Assembly: GCA_951406725.2 (NCBI GenBank)
Contig: CATOCA020000001.1
Location: 2,356,001 to 2,420,000, forward strand
Direction of reading: 5' to 3'
Origin: Octopus vulgaris
Taxonomy: Eukaryota
Length of the DNA stretch: 64,000 nucleotides
In this document: piece after piece, positions 34,440 through 47,034 of the stretch
Numbering within the stretch: position 1 is the first letter of the stretch
Layout of the letters: every line of letters begins with the position of its first letter
Notes under the pieces: model-generated
Databases searched by the model: none
What the model was told of the DNA's origin: nothing
What the model saw: only the letters and a program-made list of their open reading frames with translations
Made by a program: the position numbers and the translations under genes

Positions 34440-35299
34440 ACGAAATATATCTTAGTTAAAATTTTATAGGTAGATTTTACCAAGACTTCTAGAAGAGTAG
34501 GCCTTCGGGTATATGGCCACCACTCACTAAGGGAGCGGAGCAAAGTGTTATGATGTGTAGAACTGACAGAAGTTTTGTGAAGTATGCTGGACTTGCTTAG
34601 AAATAGCTGTGATATTTTCTTCAAATACGGCGAACCTAAAACTTGTTGTATGTGTGCACGTATTAAACACACAGACTTATATACACACTACATGTTACTA
34701 TATACCGTGGTGAAATATTTGCAAAAAGATCGGCTAGAAATGGTAGCTAACCTTCCTCATATACGGTAAATTTATAACAAGGAGTGAACAGAAAAATATC
34801 TTAAAGTGAATATATATATTACATGTACATAGAGTTAAGGGCACAGAATAGATTTTAAGGGGAAGGTTTTTTTTTTTGAAAGTAGAAAGAAAATCGTTTG
34901 AAGATACGTTCATTTTTATCTAATACATGGCCATCACTTAAGAAAGGCCTCCGTATTCAGTTCATGCCCCATGCCCAACACTTACGACAGGAGTGGAGCA
35001 AAGTCTTCTGAAGTGTGTGGAACTGGAAGAAGTTTAGTTGAAGTACGCAGGACCCGCTTAGAAATAGCAGCGATTCCTTTTTCAAATACGGTAAACTTAA
35101 GACGTGTGTATATGCGTCTGTACACACACACATATATATGCATATACATACATATACACACTCACACTACATGTTCCACGCACTACGAAGAAATCTTTGT
35201 AAAGAAGACAGGCTAAAAATGGTAGCTAACCTTCCTCAAATACGGTTAATTTAACAAGGGTGAGCTGAAAGTAATCTTAAAGCGAAATATATATAACAT
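34440..35299. repeat. Two diverged ~400-480-bp direct repeats of an unclassified element
   Basis: Shared blocks ggagc/tggagcaaagt, gcttagaaatagc, tcaaatacgg and aaatggtagctaaccttcctca at ~34740 and ~35220. Confidence 0.65.
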
Positions 35300-35632
35300 T
35301 CCGCCGAGGTCGACTTTGCCTTTCATTCTTTCGGGGTCGATAAATTAAGTACCAGTTACGCACTGGGGTCGATGTAATCGACTAAATACCTATGTCTGTC
35401 CTTGCTTGTCCTCTCTGTGTTTAGCCCCTTGTGGGTAATAAAGAAATAGGTATTTCGTCTGCGTTACGTTGTGAGTTCAAATTTCGCCGAGGTCGACTTT
35501 GCCTTTCATCCTTTCGGGGGTCGATAAATTAAGTACCAGTTACGCACTGGGGTCGATGTAATCGACTAAATACCTATGTCTGTCCTTGTTTGTCCCCTCT
35601 GTGTTTAGCCCCTTGTGGGTAGTAAAGAAATA
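35300..35632 (+). mobile_element. 5'-truncated SINE-B dimer with 16-bp target-site duplication
   Basis: gaaatatatataacat at 35284-35299 and 35633-35648; second unit restarts at 35449. Confidence 0.88.
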
Positions 35633-35791
35633 GAAATATATATAACATAAACAATGTCCGAGATAAAAGGCTTTTAAAAAGATGTTGGGAAAAGATTTAA
35701 AGGGGTACGTTTTAGCAAAAAGATAGAAGACGTTGTAAAGAAACAATTATTAGTTATCCCATATATGGCCATCACTTAAGAAACGGAACTG

Positions 35792-36402
35792 AACCAAGTT
35801 AACAAGGCAAAGAAAGATCGCAAACATTAGGAGCAAAACAAAACAGTTAATATCAATGACACGAGAAAAAAATCTTACATTTTTAAGGGTAGATTTTAAG
35901 AAGACCTTGTGTTAAAACAAGCCTTCCCTATCCAATCCATGGTGGCCAACACTCAAGAAAGGAGCGGAACGAAGTCTTGTAAGGGTGTTACATACGACAA
36001 ACCAAGTTAACAAGGCAAAAAGATCGCAAACATTAGGGGTAAAAACAAATAGTTAATAACAATGACAGGAGAAAAAGAATCTTACATTTTTAAGGGTAGA
36101 TTTTTAAGAAGACCTTGTGTTAAAACAAGCCTTCCCTATCCAATCCATGGTGGCCAACACTCAAGAAAGGAGCGGAACGAAGTCTTGTGAAGAGTGTTAC
36201 ATACGACAAACCAAGTTAACAAGGCAAAAAATGTTCGCAAACATTAGGAGCAAAAAAAAACAGTTAATATTAATGACAGGAGAAAAAAAAATCTTACATA
36301 CATTTTTAAGGGTAGATTTTAAGTAGACCTTGTGTAAAAACAAGCCTTCCCTATCCAATCCATGGTGGCCAACACTCAAGAAAGTAGCAGAACGAAGTCT
36401 TG
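35792..36402. repeat. ~208-bp tandem repeat, three copies
   Basis: aaccaagttaacaaggcaaa at 35792, 36000 and 36209. Confidence 0.9.
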
Positions 36403-36579
36403 TTGTTGTGTATGTATAATACCAATGTCTCACTCGCACTCTTTCTATAAAACTACACACACTACTACGATGTGAAGTGAGTGTGTGTGTGTGTGTCCTA
36501 GCGCACTTGCTCTGCTGTGTCTGCCTCACTCACACTCGAACGTTCGCTCTATTCTTTCCCTCTCTCATCCAGTTCACCC

Positions 36580-37980
36580 GCTCTTTTCCTCCCCTCTCCT
36601 TGTCTCTTTTCTCTCTTTCCCTATTCTCTTACTATATCTCCTCGCTTCTCCTCTCCCCTTCACCCTTCTTTCCCCCCTCTCCTTGTCTCTATATTCTCTC
36701 TCTTTCCCTATTCTCTTACTATATCTCCCTCGCTTCTCCTCTCCCCTTCACTCCCGTTCTTTTCCTCCCCCTCTCCTTGTCTCTATATATCTCTCTCTTT
36801 CCCTATTCTCTTACTATATCTCCCTCGCTTCTCCTCTCCCCTTCACTCCCGTTCTTTTCCTCCCCCTCTCCTTGTCTCTATATATCTCTCTCTTTCCCTA
36901 TTCTCTTACTATATCTCCCTCGCTTCTCCTCTCCCCTTTACTCCCGTTCTTTTTCTCCCCCTCTCCTTTTCTATATATCTCTCTCTTTCCCTATTCTCTT
37001 ACTATATCTCCCTCGCTTCTCCTCTCCCCTTCACTCCCGTTCTTTTCCTCCCCCTCTCCTTTCTCTATATATCTCTCTCTTTCCCTATTCTCTTACTATA
37101 TCTCCCTCGCTTCTCCTCTCCCCTTCACTCCCGTTCTTTTCCTCCCCCTCTCCCTTTCTCTATATATCTCTCTCTTTCCCTATTCTCTTACTATATCTCC
37201 CTCGCTTCTCCTCTCCCCTTCACTCCCGTTCTTTTCCTCCCCCTCTCCTTTCTCTATATATCTCTCTCTTTCCCTATTCTCTTACTATATCTCCCTCGCT
37301 TCTCCTCTCCCCTTCACTCCCGTTCTTTTCCTCCCCCTCTCCCTTTCTCTATATATCTCTCTCTTTCCCTATTCTCTTACTATATCTCCCTCGCTTCTCC
37401 TCTCCCTTTCACTCCCGTTCTTTTCCTCCCCCTCTCCCTTTCTCTATATCTCTCTCTCTTTCCCTATTCTCTTACTATATCTCCCTCGCTTCTCCTCTCC
37501 CCTTCACTCCCGTTCTTTTCCTCCCCCTCTCCCTTTCTCTATATATCTCTCTCTTTCCCTATTCTCTTACTATATCTCCCTCGCTTCTCCTCTCCCCTTT
37601 ACTCCCGTTCTTTTCCTCCCCCTCTCCCTTTCTCTATATATCTCTCTCTTTCCCTATTCTCTTACTATATCTCCCTCGCTTCTCCTCTCCCCTTCACTCC
37701 CGTTCTTTTCCTCCCCCTCTCCTTTTCTCTATATATCTCTCTCTTTCCCTATTCTCTTACTATATCTCCCTCGCTTCTCCTCTCCCCTTCACTCCCCTCC
37801 CCCTCTCTTTTTCTCTATATCTCTCCTTTCCCTATTCTCTTACTATATCTCCCTCGCTTCTCCTCTCCCCTTCACTCCCGTTCTTTTCCTCCCCCTCTCC
37901 TTTTCTCTATATATCTCTCTCCATCCCTATTCTCTTACTATATCTCCCTCGCTTCTCCTCTCCCTTTCACTCCCGTTCTT
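36580..37980. repeat. 94-95-bp polypyrimidine minisatellite, about 15 copies
   Basis: ttccctattctcttactatatctccctcgcttctcc... recurs at 37081, 37176, 37270 and onward. Confidence 0.95.
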
Positions 37981-38193
37981 CTTTTACCCTCACCCGCATT
38001 CACTCACTCCTTTCTCTTACATGCATCCTCCCTTTCGCCGAATCCCTCCCTCGTTTCTTCTTACATACATCTCCCCCTTTCCTTAATAACTCCCTCATTT
38101 CTTTACCCCCTATTCTACTTCATTTCTCCCCCTTTTTTTCTTTCCATCAACCAACATCCCTCTCTCTCTCTTTCTCTCTCACACAATTTACTT

Positions 38194-38975
38194 ACTCTTT
38201 TACTCTTTTACTCTTTTACTTGTTTCAGCCATTCGACTGCGGCCATGCTGGAGCACCGCCTTTAGTCGAGCAAATCGACCCCGGGACTTATTCTTTGTAA
38301 GCCCAGTACTTATTCTATCGGTCTCTTTTGCCGAACCGCTAGGTGACGGGTACATAAACACACCAGCATCGGTTGTCAAGCAATGCTAGGGGGACAAACA
38401 CACACACACAAACATACACGCACACATATATATATATACATATATACGACGGGCTTCTTTCAGTTTCCGTCTACCAAATCCACTCACAAGGCATTGGTCG
38501 GCCCGAGGCTATAGTAGAAGACACTTTTGCCGAACTGCTAAGTATCGGGGACATAAAGACACCAGCATCGGTTGTCAAGCAATGCAAGGGGACACACAGA
38601 CACCAAAACACAACACACACTATATATATATACATATATACGACGGGCTTCTTTCAGTTTCCATCTACCAAATCCACTCACAAGGCATTGGTCGGCCCGG
38701 GGCAATAGCAGAAGACACTTGCCCAAGATGCCACGCAGTGGGACTGAACCCGGAACCATGTGGTTGGTAAGCAAGCTACTTACCACACAGCCACCCCTAA
38801 GTCTATATACATATATACGACAGGCTTCTTTCAGTTTCCGTCTACCGAATCCACTCACAAGGCATTGGTCGGCCAGAGGCTATAGCAGAAGACACTTGCC
38901 CAAGATGCCACGCAGTGGGACTGAACCCGGAACCATGTGGTTGGTTAGCAGGCTACTTACACAGCCACTCCTACA

Positions 38976-39014
<39 letters not shown>

Positions 39015-39176
39015 GACGGGCTTCTTTCAGTTTCCGTCTACCAAATCCACTCACAAGGCATTGGTCGGCCAGAGGCTATAGCAGAAGACACTTGCCCAAG
39101 ATGCCACGCAGTGGGACTGAACCCGGAACCATGTGGTTGGTTAGCAAGCTACTTACCACACAGCCACTCCTGCGCC
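38194..39176 (-). mobile_element. SINE-A multimer (rearranged, four head modules)
   Basis: Modules at 38194-38525, 38526-38793, 38816-38975 and 39012-39176. Confidence 0.9.
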
Positions 39177-39545
39177 TACTTCATTTTCCCCCCTTTTTTT
39201 CTTTCCATCAACCAACATCACTCTCTCTCTCTCACTTACGTTCACTTTTCCTCAGCCTCTTCCCATCCTATTTCTCTTCCTTCATCTCCGTTTCACATCC
39301 GATCTATCTCTCCCTCTCTCTCCCTCTCCCTCTCCCCTTTATTCTTCTTCTATTATTCTCTCATTCCGTGTTAATTCTGCACATTCGACGCCCCCCTTTT
39401 TCTATATTCCTCTTACCATAGTCTTACTTTATGTATCTCTTGTTTTGCTCTAACATATGTGTGCATGTATCTACGCATACAAATATATACATATCTGTAG
39501 TGTGCATTATATATATATATATATATAAGCTCCTTATATAAAATA

Positions 39546-39609
<64 letters not shown>

Positions 39610-39612
<3 letters not shown>

Positions 39613-39937
39613 CGCAGGAGTGGCTGTGTGGTAAGTAGCTTGCTAACCAATCACATGGTTCCGGGTTCAGTCCCACTGCGTGGCATCTTGGGCAAGTGTC
39701 TTCTGCTATAGCCCCGGGCCGACCAATGCCTTGTGAGTGGATTTTGTAGACGGAAACTGGAAGAAGCCTGTCGTATATATATATATATAGGCATAGGAGT
39801 GGCTGTGTGTTAAGAAGCTTGCTAACCAACCACATGGTTCCGGGTTCAGTCCCACTGCGTGGCATCTTGGGCAAGTGTCTACTGCTATAGCCCCGGGCCG
39901 ACCAATGCCTTGTGAGTATATATATATATAGCCTGTC

Positions 39938-39991
<54 letters not shown>

Positions 39992-40405
39992 GTATATATA
40001 TGTATATATATATGTATATGTATATAGCCAGGAGTGGCTGTGTGGTAAGTAGCTTGCTAACCAACCACATGGTTCCGGGTTCAGTCCCACTGCGTGGCAT
40101 CTTGGGCAAGTGTCTTCTGCTATAGCCCCCTAGCATTGCTTCACATCCGATGCTGGTGTGTTTATGTCCCCGTCACTTAGCGGTTCGGCAAAACGAGACC
40201 GATAGAATAAGTACTGGGCTTACAAAAGAATAAGTCCCGGGGTCGAGTTGCTCGATTAAAGGCGGTGCTCCAGCATGGCCGCAGTTAAATGACTGAAACG
40301 AGTAAAAGAGTAAAAGAGTAAAGAGTATATATGCGTGTATATGTACATGTAGAGGTAGGTACGTACATATATGTTTATATATATGCATATGTTCTATTTC
40401 ATTTA

Positions 40406-40457
<52 letters not shown>

Positions 40458-40574
40458 TTTCAAGTGCTGTGTTTTTACTTTCCCTTTTAGTAGAAAGAAT
40501 AGCTATAACTCTTTCACTGCTATTTCTAAATTTCGGTGTGTGGTGTGGCAATTCCTTGCTAAACCCTTAATTGC

Positions 40575-40634
<60 letters not shown>

Positions 40635-40771
40635 GATAGATATGAATATATGCTAACATGTGTATATATACACGTAAATAAGTATAAAAATGTATGTATT
40701 AATACGTGTACATGCACATATACATACATCTCTGTAATATATATAAATATAGGGATGGTATTATTAAAATA

Positions 40772-40803
<32 letters not shown>

Positions 40804-41190
40804 CGTATACATACATGTGCGTGCATATTTCTATTGCATATATAAACATATATATTTATGTGTATACATGCACATACATGTGTGAGTGTACGGCGTCTCA
40901 CAAATGAATATAGGCGCAGGAGTGGCTGTGTGGTAAGTAGCTTGCTAACCAACCACATGGTTCCGGGTTCAGTCCCACTGCGTGGCATCTTGGGCAAGTG
41001 TCTTCTGCTATAGCCCCGGGCCGACCAATGCCTTGTGAGTGGATTTGGTAGACGGAAACTGAAAGAAGCCTGTCGTATATATGTATGTATGTTTGTATAA
41101 GTATATATATATATATTATAGGCGCAGGAGTGGCTGTGTGGTAAGCAGTGAGACTGAACCCGGAACCATGTGGTTGGTTAGCAAGCGGTT
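39610..41190 (+). mobile_element. SINE-A heads and deleted or chimeric copies
   Basis: Heads at 39610, 39789, 40027 (fused to tail at gccccc|tagc), 40912 and 41120 (inverted chimera). Confidence 0.85.
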
Positions 41191-41209
41191 ACCTATATAT
41201 ATATACTGG

Positions 41210-41318
<109 letters not shown>

Positions 41319-41662
41319 TGCAAAAAAGGGTGGAATATAATTAATTTAATAAAATTCATCAATTTCACCTAGTAGATTTATCGGTATGGAAAAGACCATA
41401 TTTGGTAAGGGTTATAATAATTATAATTAAGGGTTAATTGCAACAAGTTGCTCAAAACCACATACCGAAAATATTAGAAATAGCAGCCAAAATTGACCGC
41501 TATGTCCTCTACTAATAAAAAGTCTCCACAAACAAACAGAATTCGTAACCTGTATATGGCAAAAAAGGAAGAATATAACGAAATCCCAGCCTATGGATTA
41601 ATTATAGACGACTCGTTTCTGGATTAGAACCGAAGGCTCATTTCCTTGTCAATATAATATAC

Positions 41663-41720
<58 letters not shown>

Positions 41721-41984
41721 AAACATATATATATACATATATATACGTGTGTGTGCGTATGTGTTTTGTGTGGTATCTGTGTTTTCCTTAATGGCACAGC
41801 GTTTGGTAAAAACATACACATACATACATACACACACGCATATATTATGTATGTAAGACTTAATCAATACATAAAATTTTAATAAATATGTATGTATCGT
41901 ATCTATGTGTTTGATGAAATGTATGTGTATATGTCAGTTGTTCCTTGTATGTATGCAATGTATGTTTGTCTCTATATATTTTAT

Positions 41985-42421
41985 ATGTATGTATGTATGT
42001 ATGTATGTATATATATATATGTATGTATGTATGTATATATTAATGTAAGTATGTATGTATGTATGTATGTATGTATGTATGAATGCATGTATGTATGTAT
42101 GTATGTATGTATGTATGTATGTATGTATGTATGTATGCATGCATGTATGTTTGTATGAATGTATGTATGTATGTATGTATGTATGTATGTATGTATGTAT
42201 GTATGTATGTATGTATGTATGTATGTATGTATGTATGTATGTATGTATGTATGTATGTATGTATGTATGTATGTATGTATGTATGTATGTATGTATGTAT
42301 GTATGTATGTATGTATGTATGTATGTATGTATGTATGTATGTATGTATGTATGTATGTATGTATGTATGTATGTATGTATGTATCTATGTATGTATGTAT
42401 GTATGTATGTATGTATGTATG

Positions 42422-42452
<31 letters not shown>

Positions 42453-42614
42453 GTATGTATGTATACATGCATGTATGTTTGTATGTATGTATGTCATGTA
42501 TGCATGCATGCATGCATGTATGTATGTATGTATGTATGTATGTATGTATGTATGTATGTATGTATGTATGTATGTATGTATGTATGTATGTATGTATGTA
42601 TGTATGTATGTATG

Positions 42615-42646
<32 letters not shown>

Positions 42647-43042
42647 TGTATGTATTTATGTATGTATGTATGTATGTATGTATGTATGTATGTATGTATG
42701 TACGTACGTACGTACGTATGTATGTATATATGTATGTACGTGTGTGTGTATGTATGTATGTGTGTATGCATGTATGTATGTACGTACGTACGTATGTATG
42801 TTTGTAAGTTTGTATGTATACATGCATGTATGTTTGTATGTATGTATGTATGTATGCATGCATGCATGCATGTATGTATGTATGTATGTATGTATGTATG
42901 TACGTATGTATGTATGTATGTATGTATGTATGTATGTATGTATGTATGTATGTATGTATGTATGTATGTATGTATGTATGTATGTATGTATGTATGTATG
43001 TATGTATGTATGTATGTATGTATGTATGTATGTATGTATGTA
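41985..43042. repeat. ~1-kb (TATG)n array
   Basis: Direct reading. Confidence 0.97.
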
Positions 43043-43072
43043 TAAACAATAAATTTAATATGTATGTACTTG

Positions 43073-43370
43073 CAGAGTGCAATGGGTAAATTGTCACCAC
43101 TTCATATTTTTGATTTCGCGCATGCGCCTTGTTTGTTTTTGGTTTTGTCGACGACACAGAATAGTAGGGTCAGTTGGGCACCGTCTGTGAGAAAAAACCG
43201 CGCCATGACACAACTTACTCTGCCAGGAATTTGGAAACGACATGCTGTACAGCTTGGCATTCGCGCCGGAAGCTCCAATGCGAAGAGATGGTCACCACAC
43301 AGAATAACCGTTGGCTTGCCGTGTGTCCATCCTGGTGCTTGGAGTGATCACTAGTGATGGCCACGTTATG
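43073..43370 (+). mobile_element. 5' part of a Tc1/mariner (DD37D/maT-like) relic, internally deleted
   Basis: TIR-like cagagtgcaatgggtaaattgtcacc; ATG at 43206 (MTQLTLPGIWKRHAV...), then catalytic-region pieces (TQNNRWLAVCP, VLGVITSDGHVM) that continue at 44420. Confidence 0.65.
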
Positions 43371-43394
43371 TACACACATACGTACATACATATC

Positions 43395-43463
<69 letters not shown>

Positions 43464-44210
43464 GCTTGCTAACCAACCACATGGTTCCGGGTTCAGTCCC
43501 ACTGCGTGGCATCTTGGGCAAGTGTCTTCTGCTATAGCCCCGGGCCGACCAATGCCTTGTGAGTGGATTTGGTAGACGGAAACTGAAAGAAGCCCGTCGT
43601 ATATATGTATATATATGTATGTGCGTGTGTGTATTTGTGTGCGTGTGTTTGTCCCCCTAGCATTGCTTGACAACCGATGCTGGTGTGTTTACGTCCCTGT
43701 CACTTAGCGTTTCGGCATAAGAGACCAATAGAATAAGTACTGGGCTTACAAAAGAATAAGTCCCGGGGTCGATTTGCTCGACTAAAGGCGGTGCTCCAGC
43801 ATGGCCACAGTCACATGACTGAAACAAGTAAAAGAGTAAAAGAGTAAAGAGTAATATATACACACACACACATACGTAAATACATATCTATATGTATGTA
43901 TATATATATATACACACACACATACGTAAATACATATCTATATGTATGTATATATTACTCTTTTACTCTTTTACTTGTTTCAGTCATTTTGACTGCGGCC
44001 ATGCTGGAGCACCGCCTTTAGTCGAGCAAATCGACCCCGGGACTTATTCTTTGTAAGCCTAGTACTTATTCTATCGGTCTCTTTTGCCGAACCGCTGAGT
44101 GACGGGGACGTAAACACACCAGCATCGGTTGTCAAGCAATGCTAGGGTGACAAACGCAGACACACAAACACACACCCATATACATACATATAGATATATA
44201 TATTTACGTA

Positions 44211-44244
<34 letters not shown>

Positions 44245-44419
44245 CAGGCGCAGGACTGGCTGTGTGGTAAGTAGCTTGCTAACCAACCACATGGTTCCGG
44301 GTTCAGTCCACTGCGTGGCATCTAGGGCAAGTGTCTACATCTATAGCCCCGGGCCGACCAATGCCTTGTGAGTGGATTTGGTAGACGAAACTGAAAGAAG
44401 CCTGTCGTATATATGTATA
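43371..44419. mobile_element. Composite block of three SINE-A pieces inserted in the mariner relic
   Basis: +43461-43851, -43957-44170, +44247-44408; flanked by acgttatg at 43363-43370 and 44420-44427. Confidence 0.8.
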
Positions 44420-44838
44420 ACGTTATGCCTCCTTCATCACCCCACACGGCCTCAAACTCGACACGTAGGCCTACATCAAGTGCATGAAGAAGTTAGTGCA
44501 GCCTTGGGTCAAGAGGGTGGCTGCTGGAAGACCCTATGTCTGCACCATGCCACACAAGCAGGAGAACCAAGTCTTGGCTGTCAGACAATTTTTACGACCA
44601 CATCACCCTTAACATCTGGCCACCTAATTCCCCAGACTGCAACCCCTCTAGTTATTATATGTGGGCCGCAGTTGAGCGAGACTTCAGCAAAACTCCTTGT
44701 AACACCAATGATGAGCTGAAGGTAAGAATTTTGGCATCATTCACAACCTTAAACAAGCAGACCGTCCAGAAGTGTTTCAGGAGATTCCGAAGTCGTCTGA
44801 TGGCCGTGGTTAAAGTCAATGGCGATTTTATTGAATAA
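44420..44838 (+). pseudogene. Decayed DD37D (maT-type) transposase C-terminus
   Basis: SAPCHTSRRTKSWL...WPPNSPDCNPSSYYMW: 37 residues between the (deleted) second D and the (mutated) third D position. Confidence 0.85.
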
Positions 44839-44851
44839 ATTTACTCGTTAA

Positions 44852-45347
44852 CTAGCATTATCGCCCGGCGTTGCTCGGGTTCGTAAGGGAAATAACTATA
44901 TAAGGATTTTTTGAGAGTTATAGCCAAAAAATAGCAGAAAAATGCATTAAAAATGGAAAAAAATGATGGTAAATTTTTTTTTAAATCGTTGACTCATCGT
45001 AGACATTTTTAGAGAGTTATTTCCCTTATGTAATAGCGAAAAAATGCATTAAAATGAAAAACAATGATGGTAAATCTTTTTTAAGATCGTTGACTCATCG
45101 TAGACATTTTTAGAGAGTTACTTCCCTTATATAATAGCGAAAAATGCATTAAAATGAAAAAAATGATGGCAAATCTTTTTTAAGATCGTAAACTCATCGT
45201 AGACGCGCGCTAATACCCAGAAGGGCTCGATATGAATCACGACTATAAGATACCCGGTTTTGGTTAAACTGTACCGCAAAATGTGGGAGTAGTTAGGAAT
45301 CTAAATCGTAGGAGACAGACACACAACTTCACTTTTATATATAAAGA
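44852..45347 (-). mobile_element. Complete 496-bp non-autonomous Helitron
   Basis: Minus strand begins TCtttatatataaaagt and ends with hairpin cccgagcaacgccggg plus CTAG, followed by T; about 2.6 internal ~100-bp repeats. Confidence 0.85.
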
Positions 45348-45620
45348 CTAGCAGTATCGCCCGGCGTTGCTCGGGTTCGTAAGGAAATAACTATTAAGCA
45401 TTTTTTGAGAGTTATAGCCAAAAAATAGCAGAAAAATGCATTAAAAATGGAAAAAAATGATCAGTGTTATTTTTTTTGCGAAATCGTAGGCTCATCGTAG
45501 ACATTTTTAGAGAGTTACTCACCCTTATGTAATAGCGAAAAAATGCTTAAAATGAAAAAATGATGGCAAATCTTTTTTAAGATCGTAGACTCATCGTAGA
45601 CGCGCGCTAATACCCAGAAG
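45348..45620 (-). mobile_element. Second, 5'-truncated Helitron copy joined head-to-tail
   Basis: Plus strand tatataaaga|ctagcagtatcgcccggcgttgctcggg. Confidence 0.85.
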
Positions 45621-46290
45621 TATGATATGTAATGCAGCGTAAGTATGTATAATGTATGTATTGTATGTATGTATGTATGTATGGTAAGTATGATGTATGT
45701 GTGTATGTATGTATGTATGTATGTATGTTGTATGTGTATGTATGTAATGTATGTATGATGTAATGTATATGTATGTATGTATGTATGTAATATGTATGTA
45801 GTAGTATGTATGTATGTATGTATGTATGTATGTATGTATGTATGTATGTATGTATGTAGATGTATGTATGTATGTATGTATGATATGTATGTATGTTGTA
45901 TGTGTATGTATGTATGTATGTATGTATGTATGTATGTATGTATGTATGTATGATGTATGTATGTATGTATGTATGTATGTATGTATGTATGTATGTATGT
46001 ATGTATGTATGTATGTATGTATGTATGTATGTATGTATGTATGTATGTATGTATGTATGTATGTATGTATGTATGTATGTATGTATGTATGTATGTATGT
46101 ATGTATGTATGTATATGTGTGTGTATGTATGTATGTATGTATGCACACACGCACGCATGTATGTATGTATGTATGTATGTGTGTATGTATTTATGTATGT
46201 ATGTATGTATGTATGTATGTATGTGTGTATGTATGTATGTATGTATGTATGTATGTATGTATGTATGTATGTATGTATGTATGTATGCAT
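45621..46290. repeat. (TATG)n array, degenerate at its left end
   Basis: Direct reading. Confidence 0.95.
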
Positions 46291-46452
46291 GCTTGAATGT
46301 ATGTATTTATGAATGCAAGTATGTATGAATGCACATATGTATGCATTTGTATATGTATATGCATATATATATGTATATGTATATATATATCATTATCATT
46401 GAAAATCCTATAGTTTCATTTCAAAATAAATTGGCAAAGTAGACCATGTAGC

Positions 46453-46496
46453 CATCACTGATGAGATGCAACAAGATCGAAACATACGTATGAATG
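46453..46496 (+). ncRNA. Minimal type I hammerhead ribozyme candidate
   Basis: catca-CTGATGA-gat-gcaacaag-atc-GAAA-c-atac-g-TA-tgaatg: all core nucleotides present, G10.1-C11.1 pair, GUA site at 46488-46490. Confidence 0.5.
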
Positions 46497-46629
46497 TATC
46501 CAGGTGCATGTACACACACACACACACAAACAAAAACACACAAGCACACACAAGCACACACATATATGAATGTATGAATATATTCATGAATGTATGTATA
46601 CACGTATGTATATATGTATGTATATATAT

Positions 46630-47022
46630 AGTAGTTGTGATACCTGTGTCGGTGGCACATAAAAAGCACCATCCGAACGTGACCGTTGCCAGCGCCGCCT
46701 CGACTGGCTTCTGTGCCGGTGGCACATAAAAAGCACCATCTGAACGTGGCCGATGCCAGCGCCGCCTTGGCTGGCTTCCGTGCCGGTGGCACGTTAAAAG
46801 CACCAACCGATCGTGGCCGATGCCAGACCCCCTGGCACCTGTGCAGGTAGCACGTAAAAAGCACCCACTACACTCGCGGAGTGGTTGGCGTTAGGAAGGG
46901 CATCCAACTGTAGAAACACTGCCAGATCAGATTGGAGCCTGGTGCAGCCCTGGCTTCCCAGACCCCGTTCGAACCGTCCAACCCGTGCTAGCGCGGAAAA
47001 AGAACGTTAAACGATGATGATA
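46630..47022 (+). mobile_element. 3' part of a third SINE-like element with four ~65-bp internal repeats and an RTE-like (GAT)n tail
   Basis: gtggcac(a/g)taaaaagcacc four times; ggcgttaggaagggcatcca; end aacgttaaacgatgatgat. Confidence 0.7.
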
Positions 47023-47034
47023 TATATGTATATA

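Noticed and set aside
36477-38300. 607/582/533-aa ORFs in all three frames
   Set aside because: Pyrimidine minisatellite lacking stop codons; units of 94-95 bp do not keep frame.
38572-39081. Recurrent peptide [22 protein letters not shown]
   Set aside because: Antisense translation of the SINE-A head.
46630-46870. CRISPR-like repeat-spacer array
   Set aside because: The 'spacers' are homologous to each other, the context is eukaryotic and there are no cas genes.
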